A DNA stretch of 64,000 bases, taken from NCBI GenBank assembly GCA_030141605.1, contig JAQGDQ010000087.1, forward strand, positions 558,001-622,000, written 5' to 3'. The stretch comes from Tubiluchus corallicola. Taxonomy: Eukaryota; Animalia; Priapulida. The notes below the pieces were generated by a model. That model had not been told where the DNA came from. It saw nothing but the letters and a program-made list of their open reading frames with translations, and made no database searches. This document shows positions 31,001 to 40,212 of this stretch, in pieces. The position numbers were made by a program, and so were the translations under genes. How positions within the stretch are numbered: the first letter of the stretch is position 1; each line of letters starts with the position of its first letter.

Positions 31001-32792
31001 GTGAGTGAGTGCCTGGACTTTGGTGCTAGTTCAAAGTTCAGATTACATAGATAAATAGACCTATAGTGCACTTATCATTCACAATGACATAATGTAAGTT
31101 GTAAAACAAACACTATCAGATAATGCTGGTATACCATGTGAACAAATCGTGCAGAGGTGATATTAATATCACTTTTGCCATAGCAGCGATTTATTATACA
31201 ATTACCTACATAGTCAGATAAGACAGAGACTTCATATTATAGAAACTTAAAAAATAGTTGCCATATACAAAAAAAAGCAACAGCATCTACGAACAATGAA
31301 ACTGTCGCATAGTGTTCTGATACGTCTTCAAATTGAAATATGATAACCATTAGATAAAAAAGAATACTCAGTACACTCAGTACACACGGTTTTCCAGATA
31401 AAAGCAGCGAGACGTCAGTCCGAATTTGCCAATTGTCTATATTTAGCGATACCAATACAGTAGGTGCTGTGTATTAGACTCCTGGTAGTGTAGAATCAAT
31501 CACCTAATTGTCTCAAAAATGTCTGCTACGGGTAGCTCCTATGCCAAAGTATATAAAAACTATCCACAATTGCCTCGAATAACTCTGCATAATTGATTCT
31601 ATATTTTTATACGTAGAGATATAAACTCTGATGTAAACAAAGTGACGGCCTGCCAACTAGCAGTCAGCTCGCTAAACAACGGACTGTCCCTAGTACGCGA
31701 GACTTTTAACAGTCCAGATGTTGTCCGATTATTCTGATATCCATAAATGCGAGGTCTGGCAAAAACGAAATGTGAGTAATTACAAAATGTAATTAGCAGC
31801 AAAACTAGTACTGCTGCTTCAATATATGGTCCATGTAAAAACCTAAACCTAGGCTAGTATGCAAACCTTAAACCACTCATTGATAGGACTTACTACTATG
31901 TTAAATAAATGTGGCAACTAGCAGGACCAGAACCTAGTTGATTATCCAAAGATCAGATGCTAAAACAGCAGAGTTTGAGCGAGCATACATTTTCATTAAG
32001 AAGAACAGCAGAAAGAAAAACTGGTAGCAAATGAAATAGTAAAATAGCCCAAAAACATTTCAACTGGAATTTTTAAAGCTCCCCAGTGCACTTTAATATA
32101 TAATCACAAACTTTAATCCGAAATACCACTCGCTAGGCAAGGCAATAGCAGGTAGCCTAACATTTTTAGTCTTTGATATAACCTGGTTGTATAATTGAAC
32201 TCACAACCTCGCAGATGAAAAGCAGACGTGTTACATATAACACTGCACAACTTGGTATGTCCAGTATCGCAGGACAAATTCTTTACCACAAACTTTTACG
32301 TTGATACTGCTAGTAAAGTAGTAACATATCTATTATATGATGATGTAATAGTCCATGTCTAACATCGTGTTAGCGTTCACGTTAGTCTTATTTTATAATT
32401 TTGGCATTCTTAGCGTTTATTTTGCCAATAATGAACGTAAATAGTATCACAAACCGATATATTATACAGCGTTGCGTTTACTTTGAAATTCTCTCTGGCC
32501 CTTAGTGGTGGTACTTACGGCCTAACCTCGCGTACGTGTACTGTAAAAAGGCGCATTTTAATTAACGGATGAGAGCTGAAACAGCGCATGCATAATTTCG
32601 AAGTACTATATTTTAGCCAAGTTAAAAACTGCCCGTATTACGAAAGCTACAGAAATACATCGCACACCCACTACTACTAAAACATCTATTGACTCTGACT
32701 TGGGCGAAAATAAGCAATATAGTAAAAATAATTAGTTATTTGCCTCTAAAACGTCTTGCATATTTCCGGCTCTGTAAAGTAAGCGCCGCCAT
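2264..32792 (-). CDS. RICTOR: RICTOR (rapamycin-insensitive companion of mTOR), complete multi-exon gene, 35 coding exons, about 1724 aa
   Basis: Exon translations match RICTOR throughout (LRLGLLHQSKEVRTATLRAIRY, YATHHLRVLLRA, MKPSLLHLGDKG, VPVHLYGQL, FTSSRDAQGFATL, RKEVMHLIVNLSSSV, FRLTARRFLQELFQD). All 34 introns have compatible phases (33 GT-AG, one GC-AG) and the exons sum to 5175 nt. Confidence 0.97.
2580..2700 (-). CDS. RICTOR: RICTOR exon 34 (IALRKEVMHLIVNLSSSV...GLL)
   Basis: TTGTAG| and |GTAAGT; homology. Confidence 0.93.
3306..3521 (-). CDS. RICTOR: RICTOR exon 33 (EAEFLNLTIVPP...SVDSTDS)
   Basis: TTTAG| and |GTAAGT; phase 1-1, open. Confidence 0.83.
3831..4168 (-). mobile_element. 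Family A element, short inverted copy
   Basis: TTAAAGGACAATAAAA...TTTTCTTTTCCTTTAA; interior is the reverse complement of about 12200-12440. Confidence 0.65.
4221..4382 (-). CDS. RICTOR: RICTOR exon 32 (LENHDPDTCLGC, zinc-site His/Cys motif)
   Basis: TTGCAG| and |GTAAGG; H-x4-C-x2-C as in human HTDDNCLYC. Confidence 0.88.
4540..4618 (-). CDS. RICTOR: RICTOR exon 31 (DENGDVQISSS...)
   Basis: TTTAG| and |GTAAGT; phase 0-1 needed to join neighbours. Confidence 0.82.
4758..4911 (-). CDS. RICTOR: RICTOR exon 30 (...YAGLVLPVDVGMIFH)
   Basis: TTTCAG| and |GTAAGC; resembles human YIGLALPVDINDIF. Confidence 0.9.
5688..5895. repeat. 42-bp minisatellite, about 4-5 units
   Basis: GGTTTAGACAATCAACTTTTAATCTGTCTGAAACTAAGACAGTATCAC-like units. 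Confidence 0.85.
6421..6573 (-). CDS. RICTOR: RICTOR exon 29 (SSRDAQGFATLRNLQRSRSTS...)
   Basis: CTAG| and |GTGAGC; junction gives FTSSRDAQGFATL, resembling human FTSSRDAFGYATL. Confidence 0.9.
6862..7087. repeat. 42-bp minisatellite, about 5 units, same unit as 5688-5895
   Basis: Direct inspection. Confidence 0.9.
7114..7431 (-). CDS. RICTOR: RICTOR exon 28 (Ser-rich, STSGFSSCES...LLSPIASISS...VFT)
   Basis: TTCAG| and |GTACTT; resembles human Ser-rich region. Confidence 0.88.
7611..8140 (+). mobile_element. MITE family B
   Basis: TIR TATACTCA...TGAGTATA; inverted homologue at 31364-31779. Confidence 0.72.
8581..8775 (-). CDS. RICTOR: RICTOR exon 27 (FDTGVELSPP...KPRSGSF)
   Basis: GGCAG| and |GTAAGA; phase 2-2; acceptor position less certain. 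Confidence 0.78.
8850..9300 (+). mobile_element. Family C element, one end missing
   Basis: ACTGGACGATTGTTTAGACTCAATC and interior blocks match 20770-21157 in reverse. Confidence 0.68.
9861..10062 (-). CDS. RICTOR: RICTOR exon 26 (MELKRISE...LKRAQTLP...)
   Basis: CATAG| and |GTATAG; phase-consistent. Confidence 0.82.
10697..10974 (-). CDS. RICTOR: RICTOR exon 25 (disordered phosphorylation region, RNSMVDSFSS...)
   Basis: TTTAG| and |GTAAGT; open and phase-consistent. Confidence 0.85.
11526..11678 (-). CDS. RICTOR: RICTOR exon 24 (SCFYVLGLLGSTRIG...WESV...WPVIEE)
   Basis: TTTAG| and |GTACAA; homology. Confidence 0.92.
11758..12442 (+). mobile_element. Non-autonomous TIR element, family A (TTAA-flanked, Kolobok-like)
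   Basis: TTAAAGGACAAGAAAA...TTTTCTTGTGCTTGAA; colinear with 39255-39923. Confidence 0.75.
12590..13432. repeat. 33-bp minisatellite, 25 full units plus a partial, derived from the RICTOR exon 23 donor junction
   Basis: Unit CACTGAATAAACACTACAGTAAACGTACCCA(A/C)G; the last unit overlaps exon 23. Confidence 0.97.
13414..13520 (-). CDS. RICTOR: RICTOR exon 23 (GHLGATQLG...IIPDIIKLAEESSVYSVRG)
   Basis: TATAG| and GG|GTACGT; resembles human GNIGSS...VIPDILKLAKQCEVLSIRG. Confidence 0.93.
13713..13893 (-). CDS. RICTOR: RICTOR exon 22 (VFVPVHLYGQL...LKSAVWAL)
   Basis: TTTAG| and |GTAAGA; homology. Confidence 0.94.
14519..14625 (-). CDS. RICTOR: RICTOR exon 21 (MFNIRYVSLIEQFLNEALT...)
   Basis: TTTAG| and |GTAAGT; homology. 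Confidence 0.93.
14800..15290 (+). repeat. Dispersed repeat family E
   Basis: TTCTTCGCTG..ACATGC.TTTCG.CATT.GCTAGTT.GAT and TACAAAATATT blocks recur at about 57000-57240 and 57740-57960. Confidence 0.55.
15369..15524 (-). CDS. RICTOR: RICTOR exon 20 (ENLKAMVRMKPSLLHLGDKG...KWNK)
   Basis: CTACAG| and |GTATTT; strong homology. Confidence 0.95.
15948..16026. repeat. Compound microsatellite (CCG)(CCA)(CTA)n
   Basis: Direct inspection. Confidence 0.9.
16606..16770 (-). CDS. RICTOR: RICTOR exon 19 (SSRMYATHHLRVLLRA...DEACEDV)
   Basis: TTGTAG| and |GTAAGT; strong homology. Confidence 0.95.
17263..17389 (-). CDS. RICTOR: RICTOR exon 18 (LLDLVS...KLIVTSLNY...KILTAGNE)
   Basis: TTTCAG| and |GTAAGT; homology. 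Confidence 0.93.
17848..18011 (-). CDS. RICTOR: RICTOR exon 17 (...LLTTLSQNYFLFIG...KAGVFQ)
   Basis: TTTCAG| and |GTATGC; homology. Confidence 0.93.
18323..18382 (-). CDS. RICTOR: RICTOR exon 16 (PEYQKLLDEFLSEIADSIKE)
   Basis: TTTAG| and |GTATTC; phase 0-0; positional homology. Confidence 0.85.
19324..19509 (-). CDS. RICTOR: RICTOR exon 15 (WPGD...YFYRPSSRLY...FLLEHEE)
   Basis: CTCTAG| and |GTGGGT; homology. Confidence 0.93.
19799..20361. mobile_element. TTAA-flanked TIR element, family D (Kolobok-like)
   Basis: TTAAAGGAAAGAACAAGTC...GACTTTCCCTTTCCTTTAA imperfect TIR. Confidence 0.55.
20663..21157 (-). mobile_element. TTAA-flanked TIR element, family C (Kolobok-like)
   Basis: TTAAAGGAAAGCTAGACGATT...AATCGTCCAGTTTCCCTTTAA; inverted homologue at 8850-9300. 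Confidence 0.72.
21189..21290 (-). CDS. RICTOR: RICTOR exon 14 (ESEEALSLALKDSQVL...WDWDAIAALLK)
   Basis: CACAG| and |GTAAAA; homology. Confidence 0.93.
21933..22107 (-). CDS. RICTOR: RICTOR exon 13 (RAREAVSYLNQLHQLRKR...SLFLDQIL)
   Basis: TTTAG| and |GTAACT; homology. Confidence 0.91.
23374..23474 (-). CDS. RICTOR: RICTOR exon 12 (GNRLVP...QCLPTLAALA)
   Basis: TTTAG| and |GTAAGT; homology. Confidence 0.92.
23600..23680 (-). CDS. RICTOR: RICTOR exon 11 (ALVEIITTSEDCVSIQGTVLLGQLLYL)
   Basis: TTGCAG| and |GTAAGT; homology. Confidence 0.93.
24032..24189 (-). CDS. RICTOR: RICTOR exon 10 (WQLTDGFVVEEA...AFVQAGLFE)
   Basis: TTTTAG| and |GTATGT; homology. Confidence 0.94.
24336..24423 (-). CDS. 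RICTOR: RICTOR exon 9 (KHFMEMVFELFNLPKP...)
   Basis: TTCCAG| and |GTAAGC; phase consistent. Confidence 0.9.
25440..25590 (-). CDS. RICTOR: RICTOR exon 8 (ELRFNASKQAIIAALRSWPGMIRLC...)
   Basis: TTGCAG| and |GTAAGT; homology. Confidence 0.93.
25851..25921 (-). CDS. RICTOR: RICTOR exon 7 (QILAPFTDCHYKH...)
   Basis: TTTCAG| and |GTAAGT; resembles human RILAPYTDFHYRH. Confidence 0.92.
26385..26554 (-). CDS. RICTOR: RICTOR exon 6 (AIYNPELVARVGG...NHPRTRQLIRHNVDIE)
   Basis: TTACAG| and |GTGAGC; homology. Confidence 0.93.
26935..27206. repeat. CA-rich degenerate minisatellite (CACACAACTCACACCACAC...)
   Basis: Direct inspection. Confidence 0.85.
28364..28554 (-). CDS. RICTOR: RICTOR exon 5 (CLDIVLDNEMERIQILRLIRKM...IICEL)
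   Basis: CAG| and |GTAAGT; homology. Confidence 0.94.
28836..28967 (-). CDS. RICTOR: RICTOR exon 4 (LRLGLLHQSKEVR...KVDLLVAR)
   Basis: CTAG| and |GTGGGT; homology. Confidence 0.93.
29247..29403 (-). CDS. RICTOR: RICTOR exon 3 (DPADNLKEML...KLAHLNNF...EDVLC)
   Basis: TTTCAG| and |GTGAGT; homology. Confidence 0.93.
30520..30567 (-). CDS. RICTOR: RICTOR exon 2 (GRTDSDDEQLQLDLTR)
   Basis: TTCTAG| and |GTATTT; resembles human GRNDSGEENVPLDLTR. Confidence 0.9.
30842..30953 (-). CDS. Candidate alternative RICTOR N-terminal coding exon (MDDVKPRSIL...DEQQLIY-G)
   Basis: Acceptor CTCTTCTAG| before 30992; ATG in AAAATGG context; phase-1 donor G|GTATGC in frame with exon 2. Confidence 0.5.
31364..31779 (-). 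mobile_element. MITE family B, inverted copy
   Basis: Shares CAGTCCGTTGTTTAGCGAG-TGACTGCTAGTTGGC and other blocks with 7611-8140. Confidence 0.72.
32744..32792 (-). CDS. RICTOR: RICTOR exon 1 (MAALTLQSRKYARRFR-G), GC donor
   Basis: AAGATGGCGGCG start context; 16 codons plus 1 nt; resembles human MAAIGRGRSLKNLRVRG; donor AG|GCAAAT, phase 1, matches exon 2. Confidence 0.8.
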
Positions 32793-32797
32793 CTTTC
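32781..32797 (-). promoter_or_regulatory. YY1/TISU-like element overlapping the RICTOR start codon
   Basis: GAAAGATGGCGGCG matches YY1 AAGATGGCGGC and nearly matches TISU SAASATGGCGGC. Confidence 0.55.
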
Positions 32798-33634
32798 TTA
32801 ATTTTGACCAAATTGTTAGCCCTTAGCAGATACGCCAAGAGATGACGCTACAGTGCTACTCAGCTCCATGATCTCTGGTCTAAAATCTACTGCCAATAGA
32901 TAAAAATTAGTACAGTGTATGATAATAATAATTTGGAGCTATAATGGAAATTGTTTTGCTTTTTATCTAACCCAAAAAAGAAACATTGCAAAATAATTGA
33001 AATAATTTATTGTAAATATAATTATAAAAAGAAAATTGTAATAATTGCCTGCACTTGATGAATTTTTAGTCAGTTCACTTCCCTAGTTCGTTGAATTCAT
33101 TACTACATTAATTAATCACGCAGTTATTTACTATGTTTATCTCCAAATATTTTTGTACATTGTACCCGTTCGTGAATTGTTAAGAAAAATAAGTTTGAAA
33201 TGATTTTGCACAAAAGTGTAAAGTAATAGTAATCACTCAAGACGTTTTATAGCAATGTGAAGGTTTTATACATAGATATATCCAAAAGATTTAAATTTGG
33301 TACCAGTTTATGTTGTTTTCGTTTGATGCAAAAAGGTGTTATAGCATTGTGCAAAACTCGTTAACACTATTTATACCAAGAACGTTTAAAATAAAGTTTA
33401 TACATTAATTGGTGCCGCCATCTACAGAAGTTATTGTACTTTTAAACTTCTCAGAAATAATAAACAAAAACAAATTCGTTTATTTTCCTGTTTTTTATAA
33501 GATTACCTTAACATACGTAATTGAGGATAGACATTAAATTTATGATAACAAAAAGACGTAAATTACGGTACAAGATTATGTAAGTACGAATTGCATCGAA
33601 AGTACAACAAGAATGGCGATTTACTGACTATAAC

Positions 33635-34204
33635 CAGTGGCGCACAACAAAGGAGACGGAGGAGCCATCCGCCCCGGACAGCTTTGATCAAATGCGCTGA
33701 AAAGTGAAAATTTGAAAAACTTACATAGCATGTGTACATTAGGCAAATATTGTTCGTTGTCTAATTTGCTGCGAGGATAATTGTTGTAGGCGTAGTGACG
33801 CATGGACGCCTATTGTTGTAGGCGATATGATGTTTGCATTTTCATTGTTTTAGAAGTCGTTCAAGTGTGTGATTTTCTTAACGTTAATTTTAACAAAAAT
33901 TTAAATTTTCTTCGACATGTTTGTGTATTTTTCCTAATAAAAAGCAATTAAAACGCATGACATGAGTTAATTTTCCCAAAAGAAGCACTGCTAATGGCGC
34001 TTAATGTTGAAAATTCGCGACAAAGGAATGAAATAAAATGATAAATGATATAATCAGTACTTTAGTATGTTTGTAATGTATACATAGTTTTTCTTTTCTT
34101 TCTTTTCAAAATTTCTGCGCGTACACGTCTTGTGTTCACAAGCAAAATTTTTCTGTAGTGTTTTAGGCGAACTCAGGTGCCAACAAGCTCTAGGTACGCC
34201 ACTG
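33635..34204. mobile_element. hAT-like MITE
   Basis: TIR CAGTGGCG...CGCCACTG; 8-bp flanks ACTATAAC / TAATTAAC only partly match. Confidence 0.55.
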
Positions 34205-37200
34205 TAATTAACCTATGCTTTAGTCAACCTGTAATTACTCTTCCCAGTTATAAAATAATTATAATCATACAATAATTGCAAATGCGTGGTCAAATCAATG
34301 AAATCATAATCACACAGTGAGAATCTTCGGACGCATTTTAAGCAATTATGCAAATATAAATAAGTATGTATGTATGTATGTAGTATTAATAGTAATTAAT
34401 AATAGTAATCGTAAACAATAATTATTATTGCTTTGTGTGTTTAAATGTATAGAAAGGACTACTGCCTCTGCGCAAGACATAATTATTGAATTATGGTGCA
34501 TTACTGGTGCATTACTTGACGTTAAAATGTCGCAACAACAACTTTTAAATAAAGGAAACTAAACTAGGGTGCGAATTTACGGCCATGAGGAGGGTGGCGT
34601 AGTACCAACCCCCCTAAACCACGACCCGCACTGTCCGTCCGTGATCGGTAATATAGGCATAATTAGTTAACATATAATTTGGTTCCTCTATTTAACACAG
34701 GAGAGTTTCCATTAACAAACTACTGAAACTGGGTTTACTCGTGACTAAACAATAATAAGGCAACATTGAGCCTTATTAGTAGAACATTCCACGAAGCTTT
34801 CATTAAGCAACCTACGCCCTTGGTTTCATTAGATTCTGAGGAGGCGCAAGGTGACCCCTTAGCTTTATACTAACAACACCTAATGAATTCAAGTCCAAAT
34901 CCACCTGCACGACGGTATGTATTCGACGCCTAACTTATATCATGATTTGTAATGCAACATTAATACATGATACATAATAATAATAATGATATGCTATACT
35001 TAATTATGAGGACCTCAGGATATCCTTATAAAGGAGCCTCTGGGAGATAACATACCGCTGAGCAAGCTACTATGCTAACTCAACCTAATACAGGTTATGT
35101 ACAAATATACAGATTTCAGAAGTCTATTAAAAATAGAATAGATACTTCTTTTGGGCAGAACGCCAAGTAATATTGTCTATAGACTTATTCATGTAGAAAA
35201 GTTGTTGTGTTCACTAATGAACCTGTTTGCTGAGGCAGATTCAAGCAACCAGGGTAAGCAATAAGAACAAACACTATGCTTCGAGATACGCCATACTGGC
35301 GCATTTCTCGAGAGCAGAACAAATCCGAGTACATGACCATCTTTGTAGCTTAAATATGGCTAGTCCAATGCAGTTTAATCATGTGTGATCTTGGGCAGGG
35401 AGCTCTGGACAAATTGTCGCTTGACTACGCGTGGTCCAGTTTACCAGTTTACTCATGTGTCACTGAGCAGTTTGCCATAATTTTCATATTTTGACTCTTA
35501 AACAATCTCAACTCAACTTTTTTAACTATAAAATTGTCCCAGCCTTTATCGAGGTGTTATCTTGCAAGTTTCTCGACTCGAAATACAGTTACTATTCGAG
35601 TTATTTAATGTTTTTATTCGAAATGACCTTTGAACGAGATCACTATTCGCCGTAACATTGTCTGGGTCCCATGTGTCTATCTTGGAAATTTTGTCACCTT
35701 AAGCCTCGGTACGTGAGATTCAACATAAATTAAAGATATATGTCTAAAAACTAGGCGACTGACATAATGCTCATAAAAAATTAGCGTGAGGGATCTTTTA
35801 GATCCGCACTGCTCGCGAATAAAAATACTGGCACGACAGGTATTATACCTGAACGGAAGTTCTAATTTTTCCCACTGAAGAAGAATGGAAAAATGCATGA
35901 CGTTCTTGGTTTTTCAAGGCATAAATTGTTGAGTTCACAAAAGAAAAAATAGCAAAATGAAACGACAAAATGTGGAATAATAAACATGGGTTCACTGAAG
36001 ACAAGCAAGTTAAGCACGTTGAAAGCTAATAAACAATACTAAAAGCGCTAGCTTATATGATTTCCGGGCATCTTGTTCAATGTGGCGCGTCTTCGAGCAA
36101 TGAACATATTAATATTTGTGGCAATCAACAATAGTGCATTTACACACAGAGACATGTTGACATCAGGACGATTTTACTGAATTGACTACATGCGTAATTG
36201 CACACGTTGTCCTACGAGCAAGTCTGCAACTGCCAAACTACATACGTACCAGTTTTTAGTAATAAGTTTATTTATCATTATTACAACCAAAAGGGTGAAT
36301 TACAGTACAGCATAAAATCACAAAATATATAATTTTTTGAAAGAATAAGCAAAGTAGAAAAGCTACTTTTTTTGCATTCTTCCTTAAAGTGCACTTCACA
36401 AGAGCTACAATAATTAGCGGATTAGAAAGTTCAATAAATACTGCAATTAGGTGGACAACTGCAGTTACCAAGCTATTAATGCCCACAAGCGCTAGTGCTT
36501 GGCTTCCATACCAGAATTCCGTTACAGTCTATTTCTGTGTATCGTAAATTCTTGCGTAGTTGATAAGATGGTTGATTTTAATATAAACAAGGTCACCTAA
36601 TATGTATTGGTAAGGAGTAATTCACAAGGTTAGGCAGGTAAAAAGACGTACAATAATAATTTCGGAGCAAATACCAAGTACTTCAATGGTCCAGATCTAT
36701 CAGGGTAACACTATAATTAAATATTGCAAACAACTAAACAATGCTTGGTTTTTATTTAGCACTGTAAGTATTATAATAAACACAGATACAAGTGGACATT
36801 CTGTCTGCTTCTTTTGTCTTAATATGTACGTATGTTATCTATACCGTATATGTCAGCGTCTACATGTGTATCACCTACATATGTATAATTGTCTATATTA
36901 ATATCTGTATCTATACCTTTATCTACTTGTTGTAAATGTCGACGTCTATGACTATGTGTACATTTACGCCTATCTTAACAGGTATATCTTCCTAAAGCAT
37001 CTGTACCTAGATGTCGTTCCATATCTACAACTACAGCTAAGTAAATACGTTTCTAATTCAACGTCTATGTTAATGTTGTCATTGTTGTAATTGCTGTCAT
37101 TGTCGTCGTCATCGTCGTCGTCTTCATTCTTGTTGTCATCATTGTCGATGGTAGCAGTGGCAGCTGAAGTGGTACTTGACGAAGTTGCTGTTGTTGTTGT

Positions 37201-38803
37201 TGTTACTGACTGCTGCTGCTGTTGCTGTTGCTGTTGCTGTTTCTGTACTGTCATGATCAATGTCACCTAATGTAAAAAATCTCAGTTAACCTCGTTTGTT
37301 TCAACACTTATTTCTTTCCTGTAGCGTTGAGTTTGACTTCTTGTGATTATAACAGTGACAATCTGACAAATCAGACTAGCAACGCGAAGCCAGGGAAGCC
37401 ATACACGGGAAAGCTATAACTTTAATTGACAACTTTCTGGCAGGTACCTGTCAGGCGTAATTATTACTCCTGGTAAATTCCTCATAATGCCATGTCAAAA
37501 ACATCACAGTTTATATCGTAAGTGACATGTGGGAATTTTTGAATCAGTAATTCTCTAGCAAAATTGTGTGCGTTACTCAGCGCATAAGTTAGTTCAAAAC
37601 TCTACAGATAGACGGAGCCTATGAGTTGAGTGATTCGGTCAAGGCCCAGGAAGTCAAGGTGCTCAAACTTATTAAGGATAATTACTGAAATTTAGAAATG
37701 TAAAAATATTTGCTTTTCAGAAAAAAATTCCGATAATTATTATTATTTATTTATGTGTTTTGAAGTGCTAGGCATTCCACTGCAAGAACTCAGCTCACAA
37801 GGCACCGCTCATCAAAGCTACGCTCACATTTCCGAACTGTCATGCCTAAGGGTCCTCTAAGTCTGTAATTTAGATTCGCCTCTAGCAAAGATACGCATTC
37901 AGTGCAAATGGTTTTACAAACATTACTGGACATTAGAAAATTTTGTTTTTTATTATCGGCTCTCACATTATGTATAAACTTGTATTCTAGATGAAAAAAA
38001 CCTCACTAGATATTTGCCAATACGCCGCGCCGCCATATTACTTATTGTTCTAGGTACTACTTCAAACAGTTATACGTACAAAGAAACAAAACGCAAGCTG
38101 CTGCAGTATAATGACGATTATTGCAGAAAACTGTTTAAAGTGGAAGACAAATTTGGCAAACTAGAGACCGCAAGAGGAATGTAACTAGCACTCCAAGGCA
38201 CCACTGTTTTAACGTATACAACATTTGACGATGGTTATGATTTTGTAATGACTTGCAGGTTACAAAAAATTGAAGCAACTTTTTAGTCTGCTTTCCTTTA
38301 TTACAGAAGCCTACTGTTAGTAAAATTATGGTATAACGTAAGAAAATTTTAAAGAAGTTAACTTTTTTCGCCGCTGGCCGTGCAAAGCCTTGAAATTTAA
38401 TTAGTGAGTACTAACTCATAATGATGTAGCTTGTTTACAAAAATTCTATTTTTTTAAACTATGGCGCTGCTGTTCCATTCCAGATTCAACACCATACAGA
38501 GATAACCTGGCATCAGTAGCATGTTATGGATGTGTCACCATAACAACCAGCTTCCAAAAGCGATTGACATAGATATGTAGAGTAAGACGTGATCTTTTGC
38601 ACGGCATTGGATAGCGTGTGTGGTGACGGAGATAACAACGAATTTAGATTTGTAATCAGATAATAGATCTTAAAGGACAAGTGTGCCCGACATGCGTTAA
38701 ATAGAAGTCCAGCTGTCTTTTAGATGTAATTTATGATTTTTTATTGTCCAAAATGGCCAATCATTGTTATATTCCAAAATCATTATCACATCATGACATA
38801 CTT

Positions 38804-38911
38804 TGACTGACTGACTGACTGACTGACTGACTGACTGACTGACTGACTGACTGACTGACTGACTGACTGACTGACTGACTGACTGACTGACTGACTGACT
38901 GACTGACTGAC
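38804..38911. repeat. (GACT)n microsatellite
   Basis: Direct inspection. Confidence 0.97.
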
Positions 38912-39254
38912 ATATTATATGCGACTTGACTTCGTTTTATCTGAAGCAAATAAAAGCAGTTTCTGCTAATCCAATGTCAAAAAATAGTTAATTGCTATAA
39001 TGAAAATGTATACTAATATTATGAAATATAAAAAAATCAAACTTACATCTTTGCCGCATCTTAGGCCTACTAACTTGCTAAAGAGAACTCGACTGACAAA
39101 ATTTTGTTATAAAACGACACGACGTATTGAACAAAATGACTTCTTTCCTATCCTGTCTCCAAAATGAGGCCAACGGCCCATTTCCTGTCCTAGCTCACCT
39201 GTCGATCAACAGCTTACTTTTGCAAAAAAAAACACAAGGAAGCACCATGTGCTT

Positions 39255-40212
39255 ATTTTCAAAACACCAAGAAGTACGTTTCAGAAAAATCGCCTTAAAA
39301 AACTATATTACTTTATTACTTTATAGCAACTTTATGCGTACATTGTACTCGCATTGAAAGATTTTTTGTTTGTTTTCATTTTAAATCTCCCGCGACACTG
39401 TTCCGATGGCGCCATTACATGCCGTCACTTACGCAAACGCAAATCAGGCGAAGAAAAGTGCATGTTAAACTATGCCCTAAAAAACTTTCCATGCAAAATT
39501 ATATTACTTAGCATTTCGCTTACCTGCTTAAAAGTCTTATGTAACTAGAAAAGAAAATTATTAATTATTTAAATGCTTTCACCAATTGGTGAAATGTCGC
39601 TGGCTCCCCCTTAAGGGTGCACCACTAACTAACCAAAAACGTATTTTTAATCTTATTGACAAGAAACAGAAATTTGAAGTTTTACTTAGTTAGTGACGTG
39701 TACGTTACGAATGCTCTGATTATTTTTTCAAACTGTTTATATAAACTTGTTTCAAATGACTTATCGTCAAAATGGCTGCGTCTAACAGTCATCGCGGGAG
39801 TTTAAACTTACATGTTTTATACAGCGTTATTGCCGACGCAAGTTTGATATGTAATTGGCGGTATAAAATTTCAAGACAAATTTTTTAAGTTTTATGTAAG
39901 TTGAGGGTTTTCTTGTGCTTTAAAGGGGAGAAGGGACAATTTTAGAGTAAGTTCCAAAAAATTTCACACACAAAGTTATATTACTTAGCATTAAATTTAG
40001 GTGTTTGAAAGATTTATGTAACTAGAAAAGAAAATTTTTGGTGTCAAATAACTTATCGTCAAAATGGCTGAGCCTACGGTCATCACGTTCAAGTTTTATA
40101 CAGTGTTACTGCTAATGCAAGCTCAGTGTGAAATAAGCCAGCATGTTGGTGACATAAAATTTCAAGTAAAAATTTTTAAGCGCTGTAAGTAAAGAGTTTT
40201 CTTATCATTTAA
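39255..40212 (+). mobile_element. Family A element followed by a second internally deleted copy sharing one TTAA
   Basis: High similarity to 11758-12442; junction CTTGTGCT-TTAA-AGGGGAG at 39920. Confidence 0.72.

Noticed and set aside
36880-37266. PolyQ/T/D 98-aa ORF
   Set aside because: Run of mixed trinucleotide and cryptic repeats with no supported splice sites or homology
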